Source: Somniosus microcephalus
Taxonomy: Eukaryota
Assembly (NCBI GenBank): GCA_052327205.1
Contig: CM126214.1
Location: 23,374,001 to 23,438,000, forward strand
Direction of reading: 5' to 3'
Length of the DNA: 64,000 nucleotides
Part shown: positions 12,401 to 24,400 of the stretch, piece after piece
How the letters are laid out: each line of letters starts with the position of its first letter
Position numbering within the stretch: the first letter of the stretch is position 1
Position numbers and translations under genes: made by a program
The notes under the pieces: generated by a model
Database searches by the model: none
Seen by the model: the letters and a program-made list of their open reading frames with translations, nothing else
What the model was told of the DNA's origin: nothing

Positions 12401-15400
12401 GCATGTGTACAAAGGTGACCTGTTAGATTTTTGAAAAGAAAAATGTGATTGATTTCTGAGAACCTATTTCAAAGTACCTAACAATCACTCCCTTATTGTA
12501 CAGTTATTTTGGTTTAAGCTCTGAAAGTTAAACCAATGTGTTAATCACTTGTTCTTACGTAACATAAAAATATAAACAAAAGTGTGGTTTATACACACTG
12601 GCCCAGAAATTCGGGTTGGGGGCTTCCCGTGGGTGCAAGCCCCCGACCTGCACTTACCTAGCGCGCTGGCCGATGAGCTGTGGGCCCGCGTGAGATTCCA
12701 ATCCTGGGCCTCCTTCAACTGCCGGCGCGCAGTGTTTGCGTATCCCAGGGACGCAATTAGTTCGATGCGTCCCCTGGGATCACGTGGGCTATGGAGAGCC
12801 AATGGTAGCAGGGAATGCTTCATTCATAAGTTTGACAGGAAGAGCTGTCAAATCTATAAATACTATAAGCCCCAAAACATCACTAAAACTTCAAATAATT
12901 TTTTTTTAATCACATTTTAAAAATAACTATAAATTACATGAAATAACTTTTAAACAATAATTTAAATTTTTGAAATTTTCTAACGGGGCTAAAAATAAAC
13001 TTACCTTTCTTCAAAGTATTTATAAAAATAATAAACCTGTGGAAAAAATGTTTTAATTTTAATTAATTCACCACTTACCTTGTTAAAAGCAGGCCTTGCG
13101 CCTGCTTTTTAAAAGTGTAACTGCTGGAGACTTACCCTCCCGGAGAAACCTGCAAAAAAAAGTAAGTTCAATGCGCACACGCTGCCTCTCCGGCGCACAC
13201 GTTCAACCACTGAACCCCTTCTTTCAGGGGAATGGAAGTGCCGGTTTCCCGCGCATGCGCAGTGCATGCACAAAACCGGCACTTTCGTTGGGCCTACTCG
13301 TGAGTACCCCGTGCGTACTCACGCGTTGGGACCCGAATTTCTGGGCCTATGTATTACCACAACTTGGTACATCTTCAGTCAGAAAGGGGTTCATTATGCA
13401 AATTATAAATCTGTTTTATGGCATGTAATTCATTGAATGCCCCATTCTTCACCTTAACATTTCACTGAGAATACTGTAATCACAGAGGTGTTATACAGTC
13501 TGTAGCTGGTGACACAAAATATGCTTAGAAATTTTATGATCGAATTGAATAGCTGAATGGCCTACTCCTGTTCCTATGTATCCAGTGCCTGGAAATGTTA
13601 TTGATACCTGTACGTGCATGGGAAATAAAATAATAAAATGCTGGATAACAAATGCAGTTTACCAAAAAAATTGAAACTAATTAAAATGTACTGTTGAAAT
13701 GCAAGGCAAATGGTGTATTAATCGGATTCACTATTATCATGTTACAGGTTTAGTGTCTCCAATGACCTGAAATATGATGCTGAACGTGATCTTAGAGATA
13801 TTGATGCTGCAAATATTCCAGTGCATGCTCTCAACAAGGTATGAAGAGCAATTTAACATAGTGCATTTTTGTAGAATCAAAAGTAAAACTAAATTAAAGT
13901 TCCATGTCTGTTTTGAATTATCGGTGCAGAATTTTGAGGAAGACATGACATTGGAAATAGTGTACAGTCTTTTCTTTCATTGTGAATGCAAAGTATTTTT
14001 TTATTCATGTTTTGCCCCTTAGTTCACCCGTGGCACACACTATGGAAGTAATTCTAACCTAACCCAGCATGAAACTGGTAAGATTGGATTGGGTGCCTTT
14101 TTCACATCCCACCTGATTTTACTTTCCCTTGACTTCAATAGAAAGTAAAATTGGGCGGAGTGTAAAACGGGCACCTGAACCGATCCTGTCAGCTTTCCGC
14201 CAGGCAGGTGAGATTAAAATTACCCCCATATATATATCCTGGCTGAAGGGGCAGGAAGACAGCCTGTTCCCTGCAGTGCTTGACCTGACCACCAGTAGGT
14301 GCAGAAAATCAGCTAGGACGACTTGACCTGTGATTTACCTTCTCTCCCTGTGGTATGCGCCTAATTAAACAGAAGATATTTATTATTGTAAAGTAGATTA
14401 TATTCTGACATCCATGTTCATCACAGTGTGCTTTTTTAATTGGTCACATACATCACTGTGCTTTTTTAATTGGTAACAGATAAAGTATGGTGATACAGCT
14501 ACTTCTGAAGGTGTTTTGTTTGCAACGTACTCTGCACTGATTGGTGAAAGTCAAGCTGGTGGTCAACATAGAACAAGGCTAAAGCAGATTCTGGACTGGT
14601 GCGGCGAGCTCTTTGAAGGCGTCGTATCCTTTAATACTTAAACTTCTGAGTGATTAATTTAATACAGGTAGACTATCCTTTATCCGAAAACCTCGGGACC
14701 AGCCGTGTTTCGGTTTTAGGAAAATTTCGGATTTCGGAAGGTGCGCGAAAACACTTCGGTTTTCAGAGGTAATTCGGTTTTCGGGAGTGCGGATAAAGGA
14801 TACACTATCCCTTATCCGAAGTCATGCTTTGCTCCACTTTCGGCTTTCAGAGGTTTTCTGGTTTCAGATGTGCGGATAAAGGCTGGTACACTTACGCTGA
14901 GCGATTTCGGTTTTCAGAAGTGCGGAAAAATGCTACACTATCCCTTATCCGGCTAGGCCTGTAAGTCGTGCGCCACTCTGGTCATGTCGTGCGCACGACT
15001 TACGCTGACCGAAAAAACCTTCGGTTTTTAGAGGGTTTCGGTTTTCGGAAGTCCGGATAAAGGGTAGTCTACCTGTAGTTAAATTACATTAAAGCAATAC
15101 ATTATTGAAATGTTAAATAAATAATCTTTCAATATAATTTGATGTTACAATACTAGGAAAGTTGACAAAATAATCATAGGCTTTCTTTTAAAAAAACTCA
15201 TCAATGATCAAAGTGAATTATGTTGCATATTCCATTAATAAAAATAAATGCATTTTTATCATTTTTTGTTTTTCTAGATTTACAATAGACTGTATATGAT
15301 TCAAAAAGATTAGAACTATTGGTGATAGATAGGGAGATCTGGCATATTTCTAAAGCAGATGAACGTTAAGGTAGACACAAATTGGCAAGGATTATTTGGC

Positions 15401-18400
15401 TAGTCCACATATATTGCTTAGTATTTACCTGGCTGCAGGAGACAAAGCTAATCGGTTTTGATTATTTGTCACTTTGTTGGGGGGAGAGTTCTTCAAGCAA
15501 GGTTCTTACCGCTTGGCTTTGTCTTGGAAATAGATGGAAAGGTTGAGACTGGTTTCTGAGGGGGAAGGCCACTGAAGTTAGAAGTCCAATTCGACAAGAC
15601 AGTTCTGTAGCCAAGAGCTCTGTATTTATGGGTCAATTGTTGCAACCTCCCAGTTTCATCAGCTCTTTTGGTTCCATTGATGTCGAGGCAAACACAAGCT
15701 TCTGTCAATGCTGTACCAAAAAGAAACATAAACTGGTCATTCATCTCATTGTGTTTGTGGGATCTTGCTGTGCAAAATGAGTGCCTGTTTACCTACCTAT
15801 ATGACACTAGTCATTGCACTTCAGATTTATTCACTGATGTGTTTTGAGGCTTTTTTTTAAGATATGTGACAAGGTGCTAAATAAATACGAATCCTTTGGT
15901 CTTTCTGATCATGTAAACAATAATTCTTCAGGATTTTTTTGGATTTTCCTTGACTTTTTTTTGCCTCTTAGATTGTTTTTGATGAATGTCACAAAGCAAA
16001 AAATGTCTGTGTGAATGGCAGTACCAAATCCACCAAAACAGGCCTGGCTGTCCTCGAGCTGCAAAATAGACTACCATTTGCACGAGTTGTCTATGCTAGT
16101 GCCACAGGTATGGATATATTCCTTACAAATCAGTGGGCTTCTTTTGAGTGTGTTAGACACTGAATGCAATGTACAGGAGACTTTGGTTTATCCGGAGGTT
16201 ATATGTCCGGAATACTCGATCTAATGGCAAAAATCAGGAGCCGTTTTCTATAAGTTTTTTTAGTTCTCGTTGCTTTTTTTCCCCCAGTCAGGCACTGCAA
16301 GGTCTGTAGCTATAGCAACAGCTTCAGCTAGAGACGCTTGCAGCTGCAGCCGACTGTTTTGAAGCTGTTGCTAAGCAGCAGGGTTTGTTGATTCACACGG
16401 AGCTTTTCAGTTCTGTATCTCTCAACATTAACGCTGGTATGTCCGGCACTTTTGATGGTACGGCACCAGCTCGGTCCCGTCAGTGCCGGATATCAGAAAG
16501 TTTGCTGTATTAGTGTAAGTATGCTGTGTTATCAGTACATCAGGACTCTTCAGTAGCATCTTTAATACGATTATTCCTCTTTCTTAAAATAATTATTTTA
16601 TCTATGTGTTGACATTGGCTCAATAATAAAAAAGATCTAACAATGTAATAATCCCATGGTGACTGGACTATCAATTGTTTGGAGTACTGTACTAAGTAAT
16701 TATATACCAACATTGTACAGCATTTTACAGCACCGAAACATCATAATACCATTGGAATATACATTTTTTAGTGTATGCAAATTTACACCCTAAATCAGTT
16801 AAAATGGAGTGTTATTAAATTAATTTATTCCAGCAGATTATTGCATTTATATAATCCATGGATTTTATAGGAGCTATTTTAACCCTACTTGCTCAGCAGA
16901 AACCTGACGGGTGGGCAGTTAAAATCGCCCTGACTCTTATCTGTCCGAAAGCCGCCATGATCGCAACATCTGCAATTTTAACCTGCTCTTCTGAGCAGGC
17001 AGCAATGACACATGTCCGGAGCCAACAGGGTCCTTCTTTATATATGCATGTTGCGGCCCGATTACATCGTTGAGACCCGACTGTAATTTTAGCTCGGGCC
17101 TGAGTTGGGGAATCCACCTGGAGTTAAATTTGGGGCAATAATATGTTTCTGTTACTATTTATAATAATTAAATGGGCAGGATTTTTTTTTTTGCAGGAAT
17201 TATGAACAGCAGAATTGATGATACTGTGATTCTACTGCTGGCAACCTGTAGACTATTATGGAATACTTTACAAAAGTGGGCTTTAAACATATTTCTCCGC
17301 CCCCCCCCCCCCCCCCAAAGAAAAGTGAAAAGCGGAGAATTACTCCTCCTAATCAGCCAGAAAAATCTATTTTTGATTTGGGCAGCCTAAAGATGCTGCA
17401 GCTGTGAGTTTGCATCAAGTTGCAGGCTGATTTATTTACCAAGGCACCGCATTGTACAGAGCAAATACAATGCACAAATTATATCTGTCTGATGGATTGA
17501 GGCAGACCATTCTAATAATATTAAAATGATTTCTTTTTAAAAAAATAACGCAAACAATCAAGTTTAAATGAATGCATCACATTAAAATGTATAGCTTACT
17601 ACCCATTTAATGTCTTCACCCTACAGAATTAAAACCAATTAAGTGAAACTCTTGGACTCACTCTCACTGATGCTAGGGAGTGCTCTACATCTCAAATGAC
17701 ACAGAGCTGGTGCTGTGCCTGCCTATAGCTATTCCTCATTGCCCAAATAGGAATTTTTAGCCATAGTAGCATCTTTTCCTACAGTGAGACATTATACAGC
17801 AATAGTTTATAGGGTGGACTGTGCAGGGTTAGTCTATTGGCCTTTTACTTCTGCAACTTGCATTTGAATTCAGCTCAGAATAATGGGACGGAAGTTTCTC
17901 TTCTACCTTTAAGTATCACACAAGAAATTTGACTTTGTAGCGTCTCCCCAGTTCCAAGTTAGTTTCAGTCATTAATGGAAACTTGCCCATAATTCTGTAT
18001 AAATTTGCAACAAATTAGCAGTGGGTTCTGAGAATGGCTGGTGTGGAAAATCATGCTTCCAAAGTAGGGGGGCAGGGTTAAGATATTGTTGGAACAGAGA
18101 TGGGGAAGCTTTACTCTACATTTGGCTATGCCATGCCTGTTCTTAGAATACTTGATGCTGATACTGGGTGACACAAGTCTTTCTTCCTTAGCCATCTCTC
18201 AAGTTGGTTGGCAAAAATATTCAGAAAATAAAATTTAAAGAGGAACAATGTCTATTCACAGTTGTACAGAATTCTGGGCAAGCTCAATACAGACATTACA
18301 GTTTTGCCAGAAAAGGATTATTGATGTTGGTTGCAAGCAAATGGATTTTACTATTCAGTTAAATATTATTAGCAAGCATAAAATGTCTGCTAAGTGTCAG

Positions 18401-21400
18401 TTTGCGCAAGCTGGGAGCACTCTTTCTTCTGAGTTAGAAGATTGTGGGTTCAAGCTCCACCACAGACTTGAGCACATAATTTGGACTGTCAATTCAATGC
18501 AGTACTGAGGGAACGCTGATTAGCCTGGCTGATATCAGCTAACTCAGCAAAGACCAAAAATTAGACCTGGGGCTTTCTGGTCATTTGCTACAACAGGCCT
18601 TTACCCAGTGGGTCATTAGGGAGCCATAATATTCTTTTTAATGAAAAAGAACTTGGTGAAGAGTTGCTACTTTCTAATATAATCATTTTTTTGTGTCACA
18701 CCGATAAACCTAGTATCAATGGAACTATTTTTAGGCTCGGCGGAGCATAAAAACATCAGCATAGATCAGTTGGGCCGAATGGCCTGTTTCTGTGCTGTAA
18801 GTTCTATGTACAGGGGTAATCTGGTTAAGCAGTATCCCACTGTTGTAATGTAAATCTAAACCCGATAAAGGAATGAAAGAAACTGTTCTCAAGTCACCAG
18901 CATTTTCTAGGGCACTGTAAATCAGGCATTTACAGTTTTAAATCACCTGAGCGATCAATACATATGTTAATACATTTATGAATTTTTTTCATACTTCAAC
19001 AAAGGCTGGTATTATTTCATGATAACATTGCATTCACTTTAGGCACAATATTATCAGCAACAAAATATAGCTGGTACTTTTAGGAATTCACTTGAGTATT
19101 ATTCACTATTGCCAAAATGACACTTTCTGAAAAGTTTGAATGTTGATTATAAAATTATTCTCCACTCCTTCAGCTAATGTTTTTAAACATTTTTGGCTTT
19201 ATATGTTTTTATCCACTACAGATTAGAGAAAAACGGCAACCTTTCACTTCATGTGTGTTGAACGTTCAATATTTGATAGTTAAATGTTTCTAATGACATT
19301 GCTTAAAATTCTTTTTATTTTCAATATATAAAGGTGCCTCAGAACCAAAGAACATGGCCTACATGTGCCGTTTAGGTATTTGGGGAGAAGGCACACCCTT
19401 TCGCCAGTTTGAGGATTTCCTTCATGCTATTGAGAAACGGTGAGTCTAAATTTAAACTTTAAAGAACAGCATTAAGTACTAAAGTTTAGAAACTACCATT
19501 GGTAATGTTAGCAGTTGATCACTTAAGGCTTTAGAGGAGCTGTTAATCCACTTAAAATAAATGGGCTTAACACCTGGATCAGAATACTGGACGGAGGAAT
19601 GTCATGAATGGGTTAAGTATTTGTTCCCTAATATCCACAACAACAAATCCAAGGCTCAAATACTTAATTGTATGCCAGGTACTCTACTTATAGATCAGGT
19701 AATTTCATTCAACATTCTGTGAACAGTTTGGAAGAAGTACAAAATTAAAGTACTGCTGGTTTAAAAAAAGCGATTTTTAGTGATAGCACAAGACGGGTGA
19801 TAGAGAATCGGCAGCCCTTTATACACCCCACCTTATTTTCTTTTCGGGGAAAGGAAGGACCAGAGCAGCAATATTGTGGGAGCACCATCACTTCCAAGTC
19901 ACACACCATCTTAGCTTAGACATATATCACCATTCCTTCATCATCACTGGGTCAATATCCTTGAATTCCCTACCTAACATCACCATGTGAGCAGCATCAT
20001 CACAATAACTGCAGCAGATCGAGGGGAAGGGCCACCACCACCTAAGGACAAATAAGGACTGGCAATAAACAACAACAACTTGCATTTATATAGAGCCTTT
20101 AAAGTTGTAAAATGTCCCATGGTGCATCACAGGATCGTTACCTAACAAAATTTGACACTGAGCCACATAAGGAGATTATTAGGACAAGTGACCAAAAGCT
20201 TGGTCAAAGAGGTATGTTTTAAGGAGCTTCATAAAGGAGGAGAGAGAGGTAGAGAGGCAGAGAGAGTTCCAGAGCTTAGGGTGCAGGCAGCTGAAGGCTG
20301 CTTTGACAGCGTCACCTACATCCAGAGCACAAATCAAATAAAATCCTCCCTTATGATTTCACATTTGGCAGAAATGAGTTTGAGAATACTGCTAGCTATA
20401 CAGTATTGTCATTTACTGCATACTGTGTGATTTTGCTGTTTGAATTTTCAGGACCCCATCCACACATCCTGGTCTGCAATAGAATTGAAATCACGATTGT
20501 CCTGCTCCAAAGTTTTTAAGAGAAATTCAAACTCCCCACCATCCTGCACCACCGTGTTCCAGATTTCATAGTTGATTGAAAGTTGGAGTTTTTTGAAAAA
20601 AGATAAAATATCATACCAGCACAGATGAGTTGGGCCGAATGGCCTGTTTCTGTGTTCTATGTAAATCAAAACAGGAAACGCTCAGCAGGTCAGGTAGCAT
20701 CTGTGGAGAGTTAACGTTTCAGGTGGATGACCTTTCATCAGAACATCATTGTTGTTTAAATGTTCCTTTCTGCATATGAATTCTGTTTGATGTGGGAGAC
20801 AGCATGCTGGTGCAGTAGGACTGATTTCCAGTGCACTGCACCAGAGCGATCAGATGCAGATTGCCACTCTATACTCCGCGCATTCTGTGTTACTCATTTA
20901 GCTGTGACATTCAGTGGGGAGAACCCTCTTGGGTGTTGCGGTTCTCATGATAGAGGAGACTAGAGGAAAGTGTTTCCTAAAAATAAAAATTGTGGTTGCA
21001 AAGATGTGACACGCACATCTTGCTAGGTGATATAAATAAGTATATTCGTACTTCTGGAGGAGTTTGGTAGTGTTATGAATGATGTCATACAATGCATTAC
21101 CCTGTACTTTGCATCAGATTAATGTGAATCGTGGACAAGTAAACAATTTGTATTGGAAGTGACCGACTGAAATTGCTTTATACTAGCAATCTACAATCAA
21201 TTCCATGCTATGCTTTTAAATTGAATTTTCAAATATTTAATTACAAATACTGTTCATATTTTGTGAAATGATTGTACATTTCGATTGCAAGGTACTTGCA
21301 TGAGGAGTATACTGAAACATTAGGTTCCTTATCGTGGCTGTGATTATGCTAGCAGCATCGCCTTTTTGAGGGTTTTGGGCAATTCATTACAGGAGAAATT

Positions 21401-24400
21401 ACGGTTATATTACCTGGTGCTGTTGAATGCGGTAGCTGCCCTTGCCTGATTTGGGGCGGGTCATTGCTGGTCTGCTTTCCTTCCGAGCAGATCACTTAGG
21501 TTGGTGGCATGGAGGAGGAAGCTTGTGCCTACAGGAATTTGATAAGGTACCAGATCAGAGGTTTATGAAAAAAAGAATGGGAATTAATGGTAATGCAGCC
21601 ATTTGAATAGAGCGATGATCAGATGGCAGAAAGTAAAGGGACATTTTTTAAGAATGTAAAAATGTGGTGAGTAGTGGTCCACAAGAGTCTATGTTGGTTA
21701 GTTTCTAAATAGGTAACTGATCTGGATTTAGGAATTGAGGGAACAGTATCAAAATTTGCTGATGACATCAAATTGCAAATTGTAACATGCATTAAGAAAG
21801 GCTGCAGGCTGACATAGAAAGGCCACTAGAATTGGTAGATGCAGCTCAATGTAGAAGAATGTGAAGTAATACATGTTGGAAGTAGGTAAATTAAATATAC
21901 TTTAAATAGTTAAATTTTAAATGGAGTAGAGAACCATAGGGTCCATAGTAAGTATTGTTTACACTTTGAGTCATCCCATTAAAGGAAGGATATAAAAGTA
22001 CTAGAAAAGGTTCAGTATAGATGCACTAGGATGTTACCAGGAATGAGAGGAGTTGCAGTTATGAAAGGTACTTGAGAAGTTACGGCCTTTTTCACTAGAG
22101 TTGAAGAGGTTGCGAGGTGACCTGATAGAAGTCTACAAGATTGTGAAGGGTTATGATGAGGTGAATAGTGATAAATTGTGTCTATTGGTCGGCGAGACAG
22201 TAACAAGAGAGCATCAATTTAAGTTCATCCCAAAAAAGCATTAAAGGGAAAGTTAGAAAAAATGTTCTTTAAGAAAGAAAGACAGACTTGCATTTATATA
22301 GCGCCTTTCAGGACATCCCAAAGTGCTTTACAGCTAATGAAGTACTTTTGAAGTGTAGCCACTGTTGTACACAAAAGGTGGGTAGAAAGTGGAATTCTAT
22401 TATTGAAGTATAGAGTCTATAAAGTATGTTTTCCGATCCTTGCCCGCCATCCGTGCATATTGGAAAATCAGCGACACATTGCTCATAATTACTTGAGGGC
22501 TCAGAAAATTTACCCTCAGAAGTTATTTAAAAGAGAATTATATCATTGATTGAAAAAGAGGAATATTAAAGGATATCGTGTAAGAGAGTGGGATTAGGTT
22601 AATGGTTATGTGAGGAAAATACTTTGACGAAAATACAATGGTTGAATGGCCTGCAACATTCTGCGATTCTATGAATGGGTTCCAGACAGCCCCACGTGGC
22701 GGCCAAATATCACTTGTTCTGATTGTTATAAAAGAAAGAACTTGCATTTATATAGCAACTTTCACAACCTCAGGATGTCCCAAAGCACTTGACAGCCAAT
22801 TAAGTAGTTTGAAGTGTAGTCACTGTTGTAATATAGGAAATGCGGCAGCCAATCTGTGCACATCAAGGTCCCACAAACAGCAATGAGATAATAACCAAAT
22901 AATCTGTTTTAGTGATGTGGTTGAGGGATAAATATTGGCCAGGACACCGGAGAAAACTCCCCTACGATTAGTGCCATGGGATCTTTTACAGTCACCTGAG
23001 AGGAAAGAGGGGGTCTCAGTTTAACATCTCATCAGAAAGACAGCACCTCTGACCATGCAGTGCCCCCCTCAGTACTGCACTGAAGTATCAACCTAGATTA
23101 TGTGCTTAAGTCCCTGGAATGGGAAGCGAACCCAGAACCTTCTGACTCAGAGGCGAGAGCCACAGCTATTATGATACATGTGTGTTTCAGCCACATTTGT
23201 GGGTAGGCTTTTGCTTGGCCATAGTAGGGTGATGCACCTTAATGCAACTGGAAGCAAGAGTTGGTCTAACCTGTGTGAACGTCATCTGTATATACATTAT
23301 TCTAATTTTGAAGCAGGATCAGTTTTATCTTACTGAACAGGTCATTTTGACAAAATGCATCTTGGTTTTCAAAGTGAACTTAGTTAACGAGTTATATTAT
23401 TTTGTAGGTTTTAATACAGTTTAAAAATCCTCGGAAAAAAAACACAAGCTTTCTTAAAGCTTTGAAGAAGTAATTACCACAGGTTATGCCAATTACTAAT
23501 TAACATATAAGTCTAAAAGTTCCACAGCCCTTGCAAAGAGGTGGAAGTGTGGTAGGGCAGGAATTATGTCTGCCACTGTGCCCCACAGCTAACGGCGTCC
23601 CAAATGGAGGCAACCCACCACTGTGGAGGTGGTGGTTAGAATGGCATGCTGCCACTCTGAAAGGGGGACTACCTAAGGCCCAAATTGGGCTGAAGATGAA
23701 AGCAATTTGAAAACAATTTAAATATTGCAGGCGATCTGCTAGGCATCCCTTCAATGGTAATCAATCCCTTTTTTCTAAGCGGTAACCCGAGAACTGCCCC
23801 AGACTCCTCTCCACCAGAGCGCAGTTTGCAGGGGACGTTACAGTTGACAGAAACCCAGTGGGGGGTGTGGTAAACCACTGTTTGTATTCCTGTTTGTCCT
23901 GTTTGTATTCCACTGTGTACATGCCTGGACATGCCTCAGCTGACTCCTCCCACAGGTCCTAGTATAAAGGTGACTGCTCCCCAGCCCTTGGTATCCTGGA
24001 CCGGTCGACCACTCGAGGCAGACCTCCATTCTGTTGTTAATAAAAGCCTTTAGTTACTCTTCTAACTCTCAGTCTTTTATGAGTAATTGATAGCGCATCA
24101 GGGGGCAGTTTCCACACCAAATTGTACTCCCATCAGGATTGTGCTGCAGCTCCATGTGCATTATTTTAATGACATTTCCAATACTATTTCACACCTCCAA
24201 TACCATTTGCCACTCAGTCCAGCAGTACCAAATAAAATGATTTGATCTTAGATACAAAATGACACTGATTTTTAAACTAACATCTTACAATTTGGATCTG
24301 TTTTCTTTGTTTTAGTGGTGTGGGTGCTATGGAAATTGTTGCTATGGATATGAAAGTTAGCGGCATGTATATTGCTAGGCAACTAAGTTTTGCTGGAGTG

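Noticed and set aside
14700-15060. CRISPR-like spaced repeats
   Set aside because: Irregular internal repeats of a TA-flanked MITE in a vertebrate intron; no cas genes.
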